From positions 4,110 to 68,109 of the forward strand of contig CAZGXN010000001.1 in the NCBI GenBank assembly GCA_964530135.1: 64,000 bases of DNA, read 5' to 3'. The notes below the pieces were generated by a model that worked only from the letters and a program-made list of their open reading frames with translations, ran no database searches and was not told the DNA's origin. The stretch is from an uncultured Bdellovibrionales bacterium (lineage in GTDB: Bacteria > Patescibacteriota > Minisyncoccia > Moranbacterales > UBA1568). Made by a program: the position numbers and the translations under genes. This document shows, piece after piece, positions 17,488-26,444 of the stretch. Position 1 is the first letter of the stretch. Every line of letters starts with the position of its first letter.

Positions 17488-18468
17488 TTACAGTGTCAAT
17501 GAGACCGTGAGTACCACAGCAACCATACCGAGTACAAATGAAGTAAAGAGTAAATCTGGAACACGGAAGATACGGAATTTTGCCATCAGCGATTCGATGA
17601 GCGCAATAGCGCCGAGAAAACAAACGGTTTTACCAGCAAAAATAAATGCTGGGAGGAAAAGTGTTTGAAATGAAACAAACTCAACTGCGACCCCCCAAGG
17701 AAAGAAAATATTAGCTCCCAATGCGATAAATATAAGAAGTTTATTCGCACTTGCCCATTCCATGAGCGCGAGCCGTTTGCCGGAATATTCCAGCAACATC
17801 GCTTCATGAATCATCGTCAGCTCAAGATGAGTCGCTGGATTGTCTACTGGAAAACGGGAATTTTCAGCAAGGAGAGCGAGCGCAAAAGCGAGGAAAGCAA
17901 CAAAGAGCGGAAAAATTACAGAGAGCGGAAGTGTGCCGAGCTGCGCTACAATATCGAGGACATATCCGGTCCCCGCAAGAAATGAAGCCGGAAGAAATGA
18001 AAAGATGAGTCCTGCTTCAGCCAAGGCTGCTACCATCATCTCTCGGCTTGAACCAAAACCACCAAAGCCACTTCCCGCATCGAGACCAGCCAATGCCAGA
18101 AAGAATGTCATCAGCCCAAAGAGGTAAACAATGATGAGAAAATCACCCGTAGCAGTCAGAGCCCACTCCGGATAGCCTGGAATCGCTGGGGCAATTGCCG
18201 TTACCAGCGGCACAGTCGCACCAAGCAGAAGTGTGATAGCAAAGATGATGTAAGGAGCAAAACGCGTAATCCACGAAGCATCCTCTGAGAGGACTTCATC
18301 TTTTGCGAAGAGCTTGCGCAAATTGCGATACGGTTGAAAGATGTCGGCTCCGACCCGACCTTGGAGACGCGCTTTCAGACGACGAATAATCCCAATACAC
18401 AGCGGCGACAAAACTGGAACCGCAACGATTTGAAGAATAAAGAAAAAGAATTCCATAGGTAGAGTCAT
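17488..18468 (-). CDS. NuoH/HycD/EchB-family membrane subunit
   Basis: ~8 TM helices. Its length and hydrophobicity match the complex-I subunit-1 family. The stop overlaps the upstream gene (18468). Confidence 0.7.
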   Translation of the reverse strand: MTLPMEFFFFILQIVAVPVLSPLCIGIIRRLKARLQGRVGADIFQPYRNLRKLFAKDEVLSEDASWITRFAPYIIFAITLLLGATVPLVTAIAPAIPGYPEWALTATGDFLIIVYLFGLMTFFLALAGLDAGSGFGGFGSSREMMVAALAEAGLIFSFLPASFLAGTGYVLDIVAQLGTLPLSVIFPLFVAFLAFALALLAENSRFPVDNPATHLELTMIHEAMLLEYSGKRLALMEWASANKLLIFIALGANIFFPWGVAVEFVSFQTLFLPAFIFAGKTVCFLGAIALIESLMAKFRIFRVPDLLFTSFVLGMVAVVLTVSLTL

Positions 18469-20531
18469 CAGGATTGCGCCGCCCAGAGCAAGGCACCGAT
18501 GAGGGTGAGGGCGAAATAAAAAATATACATATTCACATTCCCCGTCTGGACACGCCGCACTCGATCCGCGAAATAATGAATGGATCGGCCGATTGGTCTG
18601 TATATCCGCTCATGGTATATGTCATGTAAACCCGTCTCAATCCCAACTGTCCGAATAAAATACCGCGTCCGTTCATCGTGATATTCCACTGTCGACTGCC
18701 TCGTTGGTCGGAGAATACCTTGGAAAATCGTTACGAGTGAACGAGAGAAACTCGTCGCTGTAATCTCGCTTCGACCGGAAAGCGGAAAACCACAGTCCCA
18801 GGTCGGACCAATAACTACCCGCCGTTCCCGAGTCATGAAACGAACAACCAAGTACAAAAGTCCTGTAATAAGTCCTAGGAGAACCGCTACTGTCATCAAT
18901 GGAAGAATATCGGCAAAGGCGTGCCGGGAAGCAACAATTTCACGAAAAGGAAAGTACAGCGTTGCTGAATCGGTCAATCCAATACTCGCTACTATACCCG
19001 TCAAACCAGCCAAAACAGCGGGTGATGACAAACCAAAAAGTAGGGCCAAACCCGCGAGGAGGCCCATAGGCAGGAGCATCGGCCAAGCGACCTCGGTTCT
19101 GGCTTCTGCAACCACCACTCGTGGCCGGGCCAAAAATACTGTTCCAAAAACTTTGACAAAACAGGCGATGGCCAAACCGCTGGTGAAAACAAGGCTTGAG
19201 AGAGCAATAAGGAAGGTGATTTTCACCGCTAGGGGTGCGCCCAATACGCCAGCAAAAAGAACTTGGAAAACCAGCCACTCACTCACAAATCCATTGAGGG
19301 GTGGGAGAGCAGCAATCGCGAGTGATCCCACCAAGAAAAAAGCCGCTGTATATGGCATGACGCGTATGAGTCCACCATAAGACTCCATGTTCCGCGTCCC
19401 AGTAACACTGACGAGTGCTCCGGCGCCAAAGAAGAGGAGTGATTTGAAGATCGCATGATTCACCATGTGATAGAGAGCGGCTGCCAGTGCGAAAAGCGCC
19501 ACCTGTTCCTGACCCAATGCAAAGAGCGTCAGCCCAGCCCCAAAGGCAATCGTGATAATTCCAACATTTTCTACCGTACTGTATGCGAGGAGACGCTTGA
19601 GATCACGCTCCGCGTTCGCGTAGAGAATACCGAGCAATGCCGATACCGAACCGATAAGCAGAAATGTCACACCCCATTCAACCCGCGCGCCCTGAAAAAA
19701 ATCAAAGAAAAACCGAAACAGCATAAACAGCGCGGTTTTTACCATGATGCCCGACATAAGCGCCGAAACATGCGACGGCGCCGCAGGATGCGCTTCTGGA
19801 AGCCAGGTATGAAGTGGGATGAGGCCAGCCTTAGTGGAAAATCCGATGAGGGCAAACCCGAGAATAAAAAGTTCGAGCTTCGGCGGTACCGTTCCAAAAA
19901 CCGTACGCCACACATCAAAGGAAAGTGATCCTGTTGCTTTATATGCCAAGAGACAAGCGAGCATGATGAACGCCGTGCCAAAATGTGTCATGAGGAAGTA
20001 GAGAAATCCAGCTCGAACACTTTCAGCCTTCTCACGTTCAAAAACAACAAGAAAGTATGAGGCGAGCGACATCAACTCCCACACCAGAAGGAAAAAAAGT
20101 GCCTGATTGGCTATCGGTACGAGTAAGAGACTCCCGACAAAAAGATTGTAAAAAAATCCAAATGAACCAAGTCGACCACTCCCGATATACTGCTGCTGGT
20201 ACTGATAACCATACACTGAAGCAAGGAGTACCAGGCTAGAGGCTAGTCCCAGAAAAAAAGATCCCATTCCGTCGATACGGAACGAGAGTTCAAGCAATGG
20301 CAATGGCCCCATATACACCCAAGACAGTCCCCGACCCTGCAGGAGCACTGTTGCCGCTATTGCAAGACCAACCAGTGATCCGAGTGCCGCGAAACCGTGA
20401 GCGAGAATATTCGCGAGCCGACCACCATCCTGTCGCCTCGCTTCGGCCAAAAGCGACGCCACTGCGCCAAAGAGGAACAGTCCGACAAGGAGAAACAATG
20501 CATTTTCAGTCATGAAGAATTCCATAATCAC
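18468..20531 (-). CDS. NuoL/HyfB/HycC-like antiporter-type membrane subunit
   Basis: 687 aa. GLIPLHTWLPEAHPAAPSHVSALMSGIMVKT is the family motif. Confidence 0.8.
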   Translation of the reverse strand: MIMEFFMTENALFLLVGLFLFGAVASLLAEARRQDGGRLANILAHGFAALGSLVGLAIAATVLLQGRGLSWVYMGPLPLLELSFRIDGMGSFFLGLASSLVLLASVYGYQYQQQYIGSGRLGSFGFFYNLFVGSLLLVPIANQALFFLLVWELMSLASYFLVVFEREKAESVRAGFLYFLMTHFGTAFIMLACLLAYKATGSLSFDVWRTVFGTVPPKLELFILGFALIGFSTKAGLIPLHTWLPEAHPAAPSHVSALMSGIMVKTALFMLFRFFFDFFQGARVEWGVTFLLIGSVSALLGILYANAERDLKRLLAYSTVENVGIITIAFGAGLTLFALGQEQVALFALAAALYHMVNHAIFKSLLFFGAGALVSVTGTRNMESYGGLIRVMPYTAAFFLVGSLAIAALPPLNGFVSEWLVFQVLFAGVLGAPLAVKITFLIALSSLVFTSGLAIACFVKVFGTVFLARPRVVVAEARTEVAWPMLLPMGLLAGLALLFGLSSPAVLAGLTGIVASIGLTDSATLYFPFREIVASRHAFADILPLMTVAVLLGLITGLLYLVVRFMTRERRVVIGPTWDCGFPLSGRSEITATSFSRSLVTIFQGILRPTRQSTVEYHDERTRYFIRTVGIETGLHDIYHERIYRPIGRSIHYFADRVRRVQTGNVNMYIFYFALTLIGALLWAAQS

Positions 20532-21070
20532 GCAGCCTGAATTGTCCGATTATGATCGATGGTCTCCAATATCTCGAGAACTGCTTTGAGTATAACTTTT
20601 GGTGCCGGTGGATCACCCGAAATTTTAAAATCTACCGGAATGACATCGGCTACCCGATCATACACGGCGTATGAACCGCGATAGATGCCACCATCGATCG
20701 CGCCATCCCCGACCGCGACGACCCACTTAGGTGTCGGCATCGCAGCATAGGTCCGCCGAAGACCTTCAGCCATATTGCGGCTCACTGGGCCGGTCACAAA
20801 GAGCATGTCCGCGTGCCGAGGCGAAGCCACAAATTGCACGCCAAAACGCTCAATATCGTAATAGGCATTGGTGAGCGCAACGAGTTCCTGTTCTTCAGCA
20901 TTACTCGAACCAGCGGCGACCTCACGAATCGCGATAGAACCACCGAACAGTTTATTGGCACGTTCTTTAATCGCTTTGCCGAGAGTCTCAATCTCGCTGA
21001 TTCCACGAATATCACGCTCACTTTTCACCTTGAGCGGTGTCGTAAAGATTTTTTTCAGCATCTGATACAT
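20528..21070 (-). CDS. NuoB / hydrogenase small-subunit-like protein with no cysteines at all (no Fe-S cluster N2 ligands)
   Basis: YDIERFGVQFVASPRHADMLFVTGPVSRNMAEGLRRTYAAMPTPKWVVAVGDGAIDGG aligns to the NuoB core YDxxRFG...SPRQAD...MPEPKWVISMGSCANGGG. All four Cys positions (CC, C, CPP) are replaced: AAGSS, GDG, DPP. Confidence 0.75.
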   Translation of the reverse strand: MYQMLKKIFTTPLKVKSERDIRGISEIETLGKAIKERANKLFGGSIAIREVAAGSSNAEEQELVALTNAYYDIERFGVQFVASPRHADMLFVTGPVSRNMAEGLRRTYAAMPTPKWVVAVGDGAIDGGIYRGSYAVYDRVADVIPVDFKISGDPPAPKVILKAVLEILETIDHNRTIQAA

Positions 21071-21175
21071 AACAACAGCTTTTTCAATTGAGAAAAACCA
21101 AACACTCCACGGAAACCTCCGAGATTTTTACTCGGCTATGGTACTCCCTTTAGTGTTTTTTGTCCACACCCACAC

Positions 21176-21793
21176 CTACAAGAGACTCTCTCTCCGATCA
21201 CGCCGATCACGCCAGTACTCAAACACTCCTGGCAAAACCGAAAGAAAAATGATCAATACGACAATCGGTAAGAGGTAACGATCAATATCTTCAATGAGGC
21301 TCCCCAAATAATAGGCAATGAGCGTGAGACCAACCGACCAAAGTACAGCACCGATAAAATTAAAAAAGGCAAAAGTCCCATAATGCATCCGTGCTACGCC
21401 AGCGACGATCGGCGCAAAGGTCCGAACAATCGGAATGAAACGAGCCAGAACAATAGTCTTGCCGCCATAGCGCTCATAGAATGCTTGTGCTTTCAAGATG
21501 TGCGACTTGCGGAACAGGAGCGAGTCCTCACGGGTAAAAATCTTGGGCCCGACGAATGCACCAAACCAATATCCAACCATATTACCTGTGAAAGCCGCTA
21601 TAAAGAGAATGATAAGTAGGAGCGGGAGGGAGAAAAATCCCTGCGCTGCAAGCACGCCCGCGACAAAGAGGAGACTATCACCTGGGAAGAAGAACCCAAG
21701 AAAAAGGCCAGTTTCCGCAAAAACGATCGCGAAAAGCCCAACATACCCGATCGTCTTTATCGCCTGCACCATGTCGATACCAAAAAATTCCAT
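21176..21793 (-). CDS. DedA-family membrane protein
   Basis: The FFPGDSLLFVAGVLA and GKTIVLARFIPIVRTFAPIVAGVARM DedA/SNARE-associated motifs are present. Confidence 0.75.
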   Translation of the reverse strand: MEFFGIDMVQAIKTIGYVGLFAIVFAETGLFLGFFFPGDSLLFVAGVLAAQGFFSLPLLLIILFIAAFTGNMVGYWFGAFVGPKIFTREDSLLFRKSHILKAQAFYERYGGKTIVLARFIPIVRTFAPIVAGVARMHYGTFAFFNFIGAVLWSVGLTLIAYYLGSLIEDIDRYLLPIVVLIIFLSVLPGVFEYWRDRRDRRESLL

Positions 21794-21803
21794 ATAGTTA
21801 ATC

Positions 21804-23894
21804 CTAGATCGAGTACGCCTCGTCTTTCAGTTTATTATAGAGCATATTCGCTACTTTGCGCGGCAACATCGCGTTCTCCAGAAGCTCGCCCAGCATCCGC
21901 TCTTCGGTTTTGAAGAGCGCATAGCGACCGAAAGACTCATTTAGGTAGGCAAGTTCGGTGCCTATCTTGGTAGCTACTGCATCGCGTTTCTGCTCAGCAT
22001 CGGCCCGAAGCCCCTCGTAGAGCGCGATCACGGATTGGATCGAGGCATCATCCCCGTAAAGCCCGGGGAAGCGTCCCGAGATCGACTTTAGGCGTCGGAG
22101 TACCTTGGCCAACACTACTTCCTGAGCGCGGTAATAACGATATTCCTCGAGGAGCTCCTGCTTCGGGGTCTTCGGGTAGAATTTCTTTCGTAACCTCATA
22201 ATAAGCGTCTCAAACCAATCCTGCTGGAACCGCTCGGCATGACCCATCACCTGCTCTTTCCCCTCCTCGACACGGTCGGTCTGAATAGCGATCTTATTCA
22301 GGATTTCCTTGTATTCCGATTCCGAAATCTCCTGATAAATGTACAACTCCTTCAGAAAGCGTTTTTCCATACCAAGCGCATATACCTGGAGCGCACGGCC
22401 CATATCGGCGGGGATTGCGTCAAAGAGGGATTTGCAAGAAGCAGCTGATTGCTCATAGCGCTCCGTATACTCGCGTTTCAAACGCTCAAAGATCTCATTC
22501 TTTACATACCCCTTGCTATGGAAGTCCCCGAGTTTCTCGAGCGCCTCCTGATAAACCAGAGCCGAACACTCATGATACTCCACAGTCTCAAGCGGCGTCA
22601 GGTCGGATAACTTCATTTTTTTGATCATCGTTCCGATCGAGGTCGCTTTGATGCAAAGCGTGAAGTAGATGCAGCCGATCGTGATCGCTGCGATAAACTC
22701 CTTCACGGTAAAGTCATAACTCCAGCCCGGAAGTGTGAGCGTATCCGGGATGAGGAGCACCATCGTAACTGCAAGCGCACCACGCAAACTCCCCCACGCG
22801 AGAAGATGCTGCCAGGAGATTGGGATCGGTTTTTCCTTTTTCAATCGATTGACCATCGCCACCACCGGATAGATCGAGAGCGCACGCCCAATGAGAACGA
22901 CGACGACTGTGATGAGCATCGGAGCGATGAATTGATCGAACTGTATCGGGAGGTCAGCGAAAAGAAGCCCCATGAGAATGAAGACTAGTGAATTGGCCAC
23001 GAAAGCGAAATAACCCCAGAACTTCTCCATATATTCCTCGACGCGTGGCGAGATCTTGAAACGACCGTAATTGCCAATCACCATCGATGCCATAACCGTC
23101 GCGATGATCGATGAGAACTTGATTTCTTGTCCGAAAAGCACGAGATGATGCGATATGAGTTCGGAAAGGATGAAAGTGAGGTGTGCCACAAGCATGGTCA
23201 GTGTAATCTCGATATGCTCATTATCCTTCACTTTGCCGATGATTTTTGAAAAGATGAAGCCCATGAAAAGGCCAAAAGCGACACCCCCCAGGACCATAGT
23301 CGTAAACATGAAGAGTCCGCCGAGAATACTGCCGAATCCGGTAAATCCCGCAACCGCTACTTCAAGGACGATGAGGAAAAGAGCAAGCGAGGTTCCATCA
23401 TTAAAAAGACTCTCCCCTTCGAAAATGAGTGAGAGCCGGCGCGGTACACCAAACTCCTTGAAGAGTGCGAGCACTGCTACCGGATCTGTCGCTGAGATGA
23501 GCGCACCGAATATAAGGGTTGCCATGAACGGTACCGGAAAGCCGATGAGTGTCAGACCCACGTACAATGCAAAAGCAACAAAAAACGCCGAGATGAGTAG
23601 GCTCACAATCGAGAGCCACGAGATCGAACGAATGTTCTCGGCCATCTCCCGCATATTCATGTTGTAAGCCGACTCAAAGATAAGTATCGGCAGAAAGACG
23701 AAGAAGAGAAGTTCCGGTGTCAGCTGGAAACTCTTAATGAAATGGAAAAGAGGGAAGTTTGAGAGCGGGACTAAGACCGAACCGACGATGACCAAAAGCA
23801 CCGTGTACGGAACTTTCAAACGGCCAGCGACAAAATATGTCCCGATACAAATAAGCATAAGCACCGCGACCGCGAGGACGACTTCGAGCGACAT
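21804..23894 (-). CDS. CPA1-family Na+/H+ antiporter (NhaP-type) with a large C-terminal cytoplasmic domain
   Basis: The ATDPVAVLALFKEFGVPRRLSLIFEGESLFNDGTSLALF signature is present. ~12 TM helices. Confidence 0.8.
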   Translation of the reverse strand: MSLEVVLAVAVLMLICIGTYFVAGRLKVPYTVLLVIVGSVLVPLSNFPLFHFIKSFQLTPELLFFVFLPILIFESAYNMNMREMAENIRSISWLSIVSLLISAFFVAFALYVGLTLIGFPVPFMATLIFGALISATDPVAVLALFKEFGVPRRLSLIFEGESLFNDGTSLALFLIVLEVAVAGFTGFGSILGGLFMFTTMVLGGVAFGLFMGFIFSKIIGKVKDNEHIEITLTMLVAHLTFILSELISHHLVLFGQEIKFSSIIATVMASMVIGNYGRFKISPRVEEYMEKFWGYFAFVANSLVFILMGLLFADLPIQFDQFIAPMLITVVVVLIGRALSIYPVVAMVNRLKKEKPIPISWQHLLAWGSLRGALAVTMVLLIPDTLTLPGWSYDFTVKEFIAAITIGCIYFTLCIKATSIGTMIKKMKLSDLTPLETVEYHECSALVYQEALEKLGDFHSKGYVKNEIFERLKREYTERYEQSAASCKSLFDAIPADMGRALQVYALGMEKRFLKELYIYQEISESEYKEILNKIAIQTDRVEEGKEQVMGHAERFQQDWFETLIMRLRKKFYPKTPKQELLEEYRYYRAQEVVLAKVLRRLKSISGRFPGLYGDDASIQSVIALYEGLRADAEQKRDAVATKIGTELAYLNESFGRYALFKTEERMLGELLENAMLPRKVANMLYNKLKDEAYSI

Positions 23895-23985
23895 ATATTT
23901 TTAGGGCTGATTTTTTTACCAAACAAAAGAGGCCTTCGGAGCCTATTCAGAATCTCTCTTTCTTTACGAGAAACTGATATTTCGA

Positions 23986-24075
23986 GCGAAAAATATAAAG
24001 ACTGAGGAGGGCTACTCAGAGAGTAACGCGACGAGGCCTGAACCTTTTGCAGCCGAAAGAGCAGTTTCGGAGTAG
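23986..24075 (+). repeat. conserved intergenic element, copy A (core ctgaggagggctactcagagagtaacgcgacgaggcctgaa)
   Basis: ~60-90 nt highly similar to 35601-35670 in the same orientation. Not an open reading frame (in-frame stops). Confidence 0.7.
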
Positions 24076-24147
24076 AATACGGAGATTTTGAAGCGGCTCC
24101 TTAGCCAGATTTGATACCCCACCATCCTACTCCTCTCTTGTTTTTTG

Positions 24148-24182
24148 TCAAAACAAAAGACCCCTTTCAGGGCCTTTTTTGG
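24148..24182 (-). terminator. hairpin with flanking A/T runs downstream of rplL (bidirectional-terminator-like)
   Basis: aaaagacccctttcagggcctttttt. Confidence 0.5.
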
Positions 24183-24200
24183 ATCTCTGGAAAAGCGAGA

Positions 24201-24602
24201 TTACTTCAGAGTTACAGTCGCACCAGCCTCCTCGAGCTTCTTCTTCATTACTTCGGCATCGGCCTTAGAGACCTTCTCCTTGATGACTTTTGGAGCAGCA
24301 TCAACGAGGTCCTTGGCTTCCTTCAGACCGAGACCGGTCACTTCACGAACCGCCTTGATGGCGTTGATCTTCTGCTGACCAGCGGCGGTGAGCTCGACAT
24401 CGAAGTCGGTCTTTTCCTCGACGGCTTCAGCAGCGGCAGCTGGCGCAGCACCCATCATCATCGGGGCAGCGGCTGAGACACCAAACTTTTCCTCGAGCAC
24501 CGTAACGAGCTCCGAGAGATCGAGTACACTCATCTTCTCGATTTCAGCGACGAGCTTCTCGAACTTGGCTGGCACAACGACATCTTTCTTCTCTTCTGAC
24601 AT
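24201..24602 (-). CDS. rplL: 50S ribosomal protein L7/L12
   Basis: Ala-rich hinge and the C-terminal [24 protein letters not shown] motif. Confidence 0.9.
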   Translation of the reverse strand: MSEEKKDVVVPAKFEKLVAEIEKMSVLDLSELVTVLEEKFGVSAAAPMMMGAAPAAAAEAVEEKTDFDVELTAAGQQKINAIKAVREVTGLGLKEAKDLVDAAPKVIKEKVSKADAEVMKKKLEEAGATVTLK

Positions 24603-24632
24603 ATGCGTAATGATTATGTGATTACAAATAAA

Positions 24633-25157
24633 TTAAACACTCTTTCCGTCCCGCACGGCTGCAAGTACCCTGACGAAACCACTGATATTGCCAGACAGGG
24701 TACGGACAAATCCTGCGATCGGTGCCTGGAGCGTCCCTACGAGCTGAGCCCGAAGCTCATCACGCGATGGCAACTTAGCAAGTGCCTTGACTGCGTCCAC
24801 CGAAAGCGATTCCGTACCGAGCGAACCACCAACAATTGAGAGTGTTGATGTCTTGTTCGTCTTCAAAAATTCAGCAATCGTTTTGGCCGCCGAAACCTCA
24901 TCGCTCGAGAATGCAACACCCACCTGACCATCAAGATCGCGAGCATTCACCTTCACGCCAGCTTCATCCAAAGCTCGATTGAGCAGTGTTTTTTTCAACA
25001 CTTGCCAACCTGATCCAGTCTCACGCAAACTGCGCCGCAAAACCGAAATATCCTTCACCGAAACCCCTTTGAAGTTGGCAAAGACAAGGGCCTTGGAACC
25101 TTTCGCCTTGGCTGCAACACTGGCGATGAGCTCGGTCTTCTGTAATTTATTCTGCAT
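24633..25157 (-). CDS. rplJ: 50S ribosomal protein L10 (start taken at MQNKLQK; the ORF-track start at 25208 is less likely)
   Basis: L10 family pattern. It sits immediately upstream of rplL. Confidence 0.8.
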   Translation of the reverse strand: MQNKLQKTELIASVAAKAKGSKALVFANFKGVSVKDISVLRRSLRETGSGWQVLKKTLLNRALDEAGVKVNARDLDGQVGVAFSSDEVSAAKTIAEFLKTNKTSTLSIVGGSLGTESLSVDAVKALAKLPSRDELRAQLVGTLQAPIAGFVRTLSGNISGFVRVLAAVRDGKSV

Positions 25158-25367
25158 AATATATATGTGGCTAAAAAACAAAATCTCCTGTTTCCAAGAG
25201 ACAAACAAATGAGCCGCGGCTCGAAATCGTTCCTGCTAAGGATTTATGAAGTCTTGCGACAACTACCTTAGGTCTCTGGACCTACTCACCCAAACTCAAG
25301 AGAGTAGGGTGAAAATATTCAGTTATAGAATCAGCGTACCCAAAGAACGGATTCTCGTCAACCCCAA

Positions 25368-25766
25368 TTACTCAACTTTCGGGGCTTCGGTCGGAACGGC
25401 TTCAGCAACCGCTGGCGCTACCTCAGATGAAGGAACCTCAGCGACCGGTGTAGTTTCTGCAGGATTTTCTTCAGTCTTCGGAGCCTCTTCTTTCTTCACT
25501 GGTCGGGGCATACGTTTCGCGATGACTTTCCCCTCGATGACGCCCTCCTTGACGAGCATATTATGGACTCGATCAGAGGGCTGAGCACCCTGGCCAATCC
25601 AGTACAAGATACGATCCTTCTTCAATATCGTTACTTTGGAATGCGGGTTGTGACTGCCAAGCATCTCAACATGACGATGACCCGGCGCTTTGGTCTTTTC
25701 CTGAAGAACGACCCGGAATTGGGCTTGGTTTCTCTTACCAAAACGATTGAGGCGAATGACGAGCAT
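25368..25766 (-). CDS. rpsP: 30S ribosomal protein S16 with an Ala/Pro/Glu-rich C-terminal extension
   Basis: MLVIRLNRFGKRNQAQFRVV is the S16 N-terminus. Confidence 0.85.
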   Translation of the reverse strand: MLVIRLNRFGKRNQAQFRVVLQEKTKAPGHRHVEMLGSHNPHSKVTILKKDRILYWIGQGAQPSDRVHNMLVKEGVIEGKVIAKRMPRPVKKEEAPKTEENPAETTPVAEVPSSEVAPAVAEAVPTEAPKVE

Positions 25767-25907
25767 AATTTCTGTAAAAAGCGTAAAATCTGATACCTGT
25801 CCGCCCGAAGGAGGATACGAAAGCCATTCTAGCCCGATTCTCCGTAGCTGTCAACAAAAAAAGTGGGCTCCGCGATGGAAGCCCTAATGGGGGGGTAGAA
25901 ATTACCT

Positions 25908-26381
25908 CTACCGACCATGGAGTTTGCGTTCGATGAGGCAAGCGTAGCCGCGAAGTAACTGGGCATAGTCCGGCTCGAGGTCATCCTCAAGACACGCATT
26001 CGCGAAAGCCCGGGACCATGGGATGATGTAGCAGCCGTCTGCACGCCAAGTTGCCTGATTCTTAGCCACATATTGCCAGAAAAGATCGATGCTCCCGATA
26101 TTGTTCGCTCCGACAGCAAAGGCAATTCGTCGGTACGCGCGAGTCTTCCCTTGATCGTCTTTCTGCTTGAAATACTCTGCCACACGCCGAGCATGCCGGT
26201 GGATGATCCCAAGCCCCTGATTGAGTCGCCAATTGGGTTCGTATCGCATCCAAAGTTCCGATACTCCCCGCGCAGAGAGGGCTTTCATGAAGTCACCCAC
26301 AAAAGATGCCGAGCCACCGTCCCCGGGAAGCTTTGCTAAATACCCGAAGCCTGTCTTCTCTCGTTCCAGATGTATGGCCAT
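25908..26381 (-). CDS. hypothetical protein
   Basis: 157 aa with protein-like composition. It lies between the smc-like gene and rpsP. Confidence 0.4.
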   Translation of the reverse strand: MAIHLEREKTGFGYLAKLPGDGGSASFVGDFMKALSARGVSELWMRYEPNWRLNQGLGIIHRHARRVAEYFKQKDDQGKTRAYRRIAFAVGANNIGSIDLFWQYVAKNQATWRADGCYIIPWSRAFANACLEDDLEPDYAQLLRGYACLIERKLHGR

Positions 26382-26444
26382 GTTTTAGCCCTCCTAAAAA
26401 GTACAGTGTCTGAAAGATACGCCAACACTGCGTACGCTGTCAAC

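Noticed and set aside
18835-19380. 181-aa plus ORF (basic, Pro/Arg-rich)
   Set aside because: It is antisense to the NuoL-like membrane gene. Composition is an artefact of hydrophobic codons read backwards.
23155-23667. 170-aa plus ORF
   Set aside because: It is antisense to the CPA1 antiporter gene.
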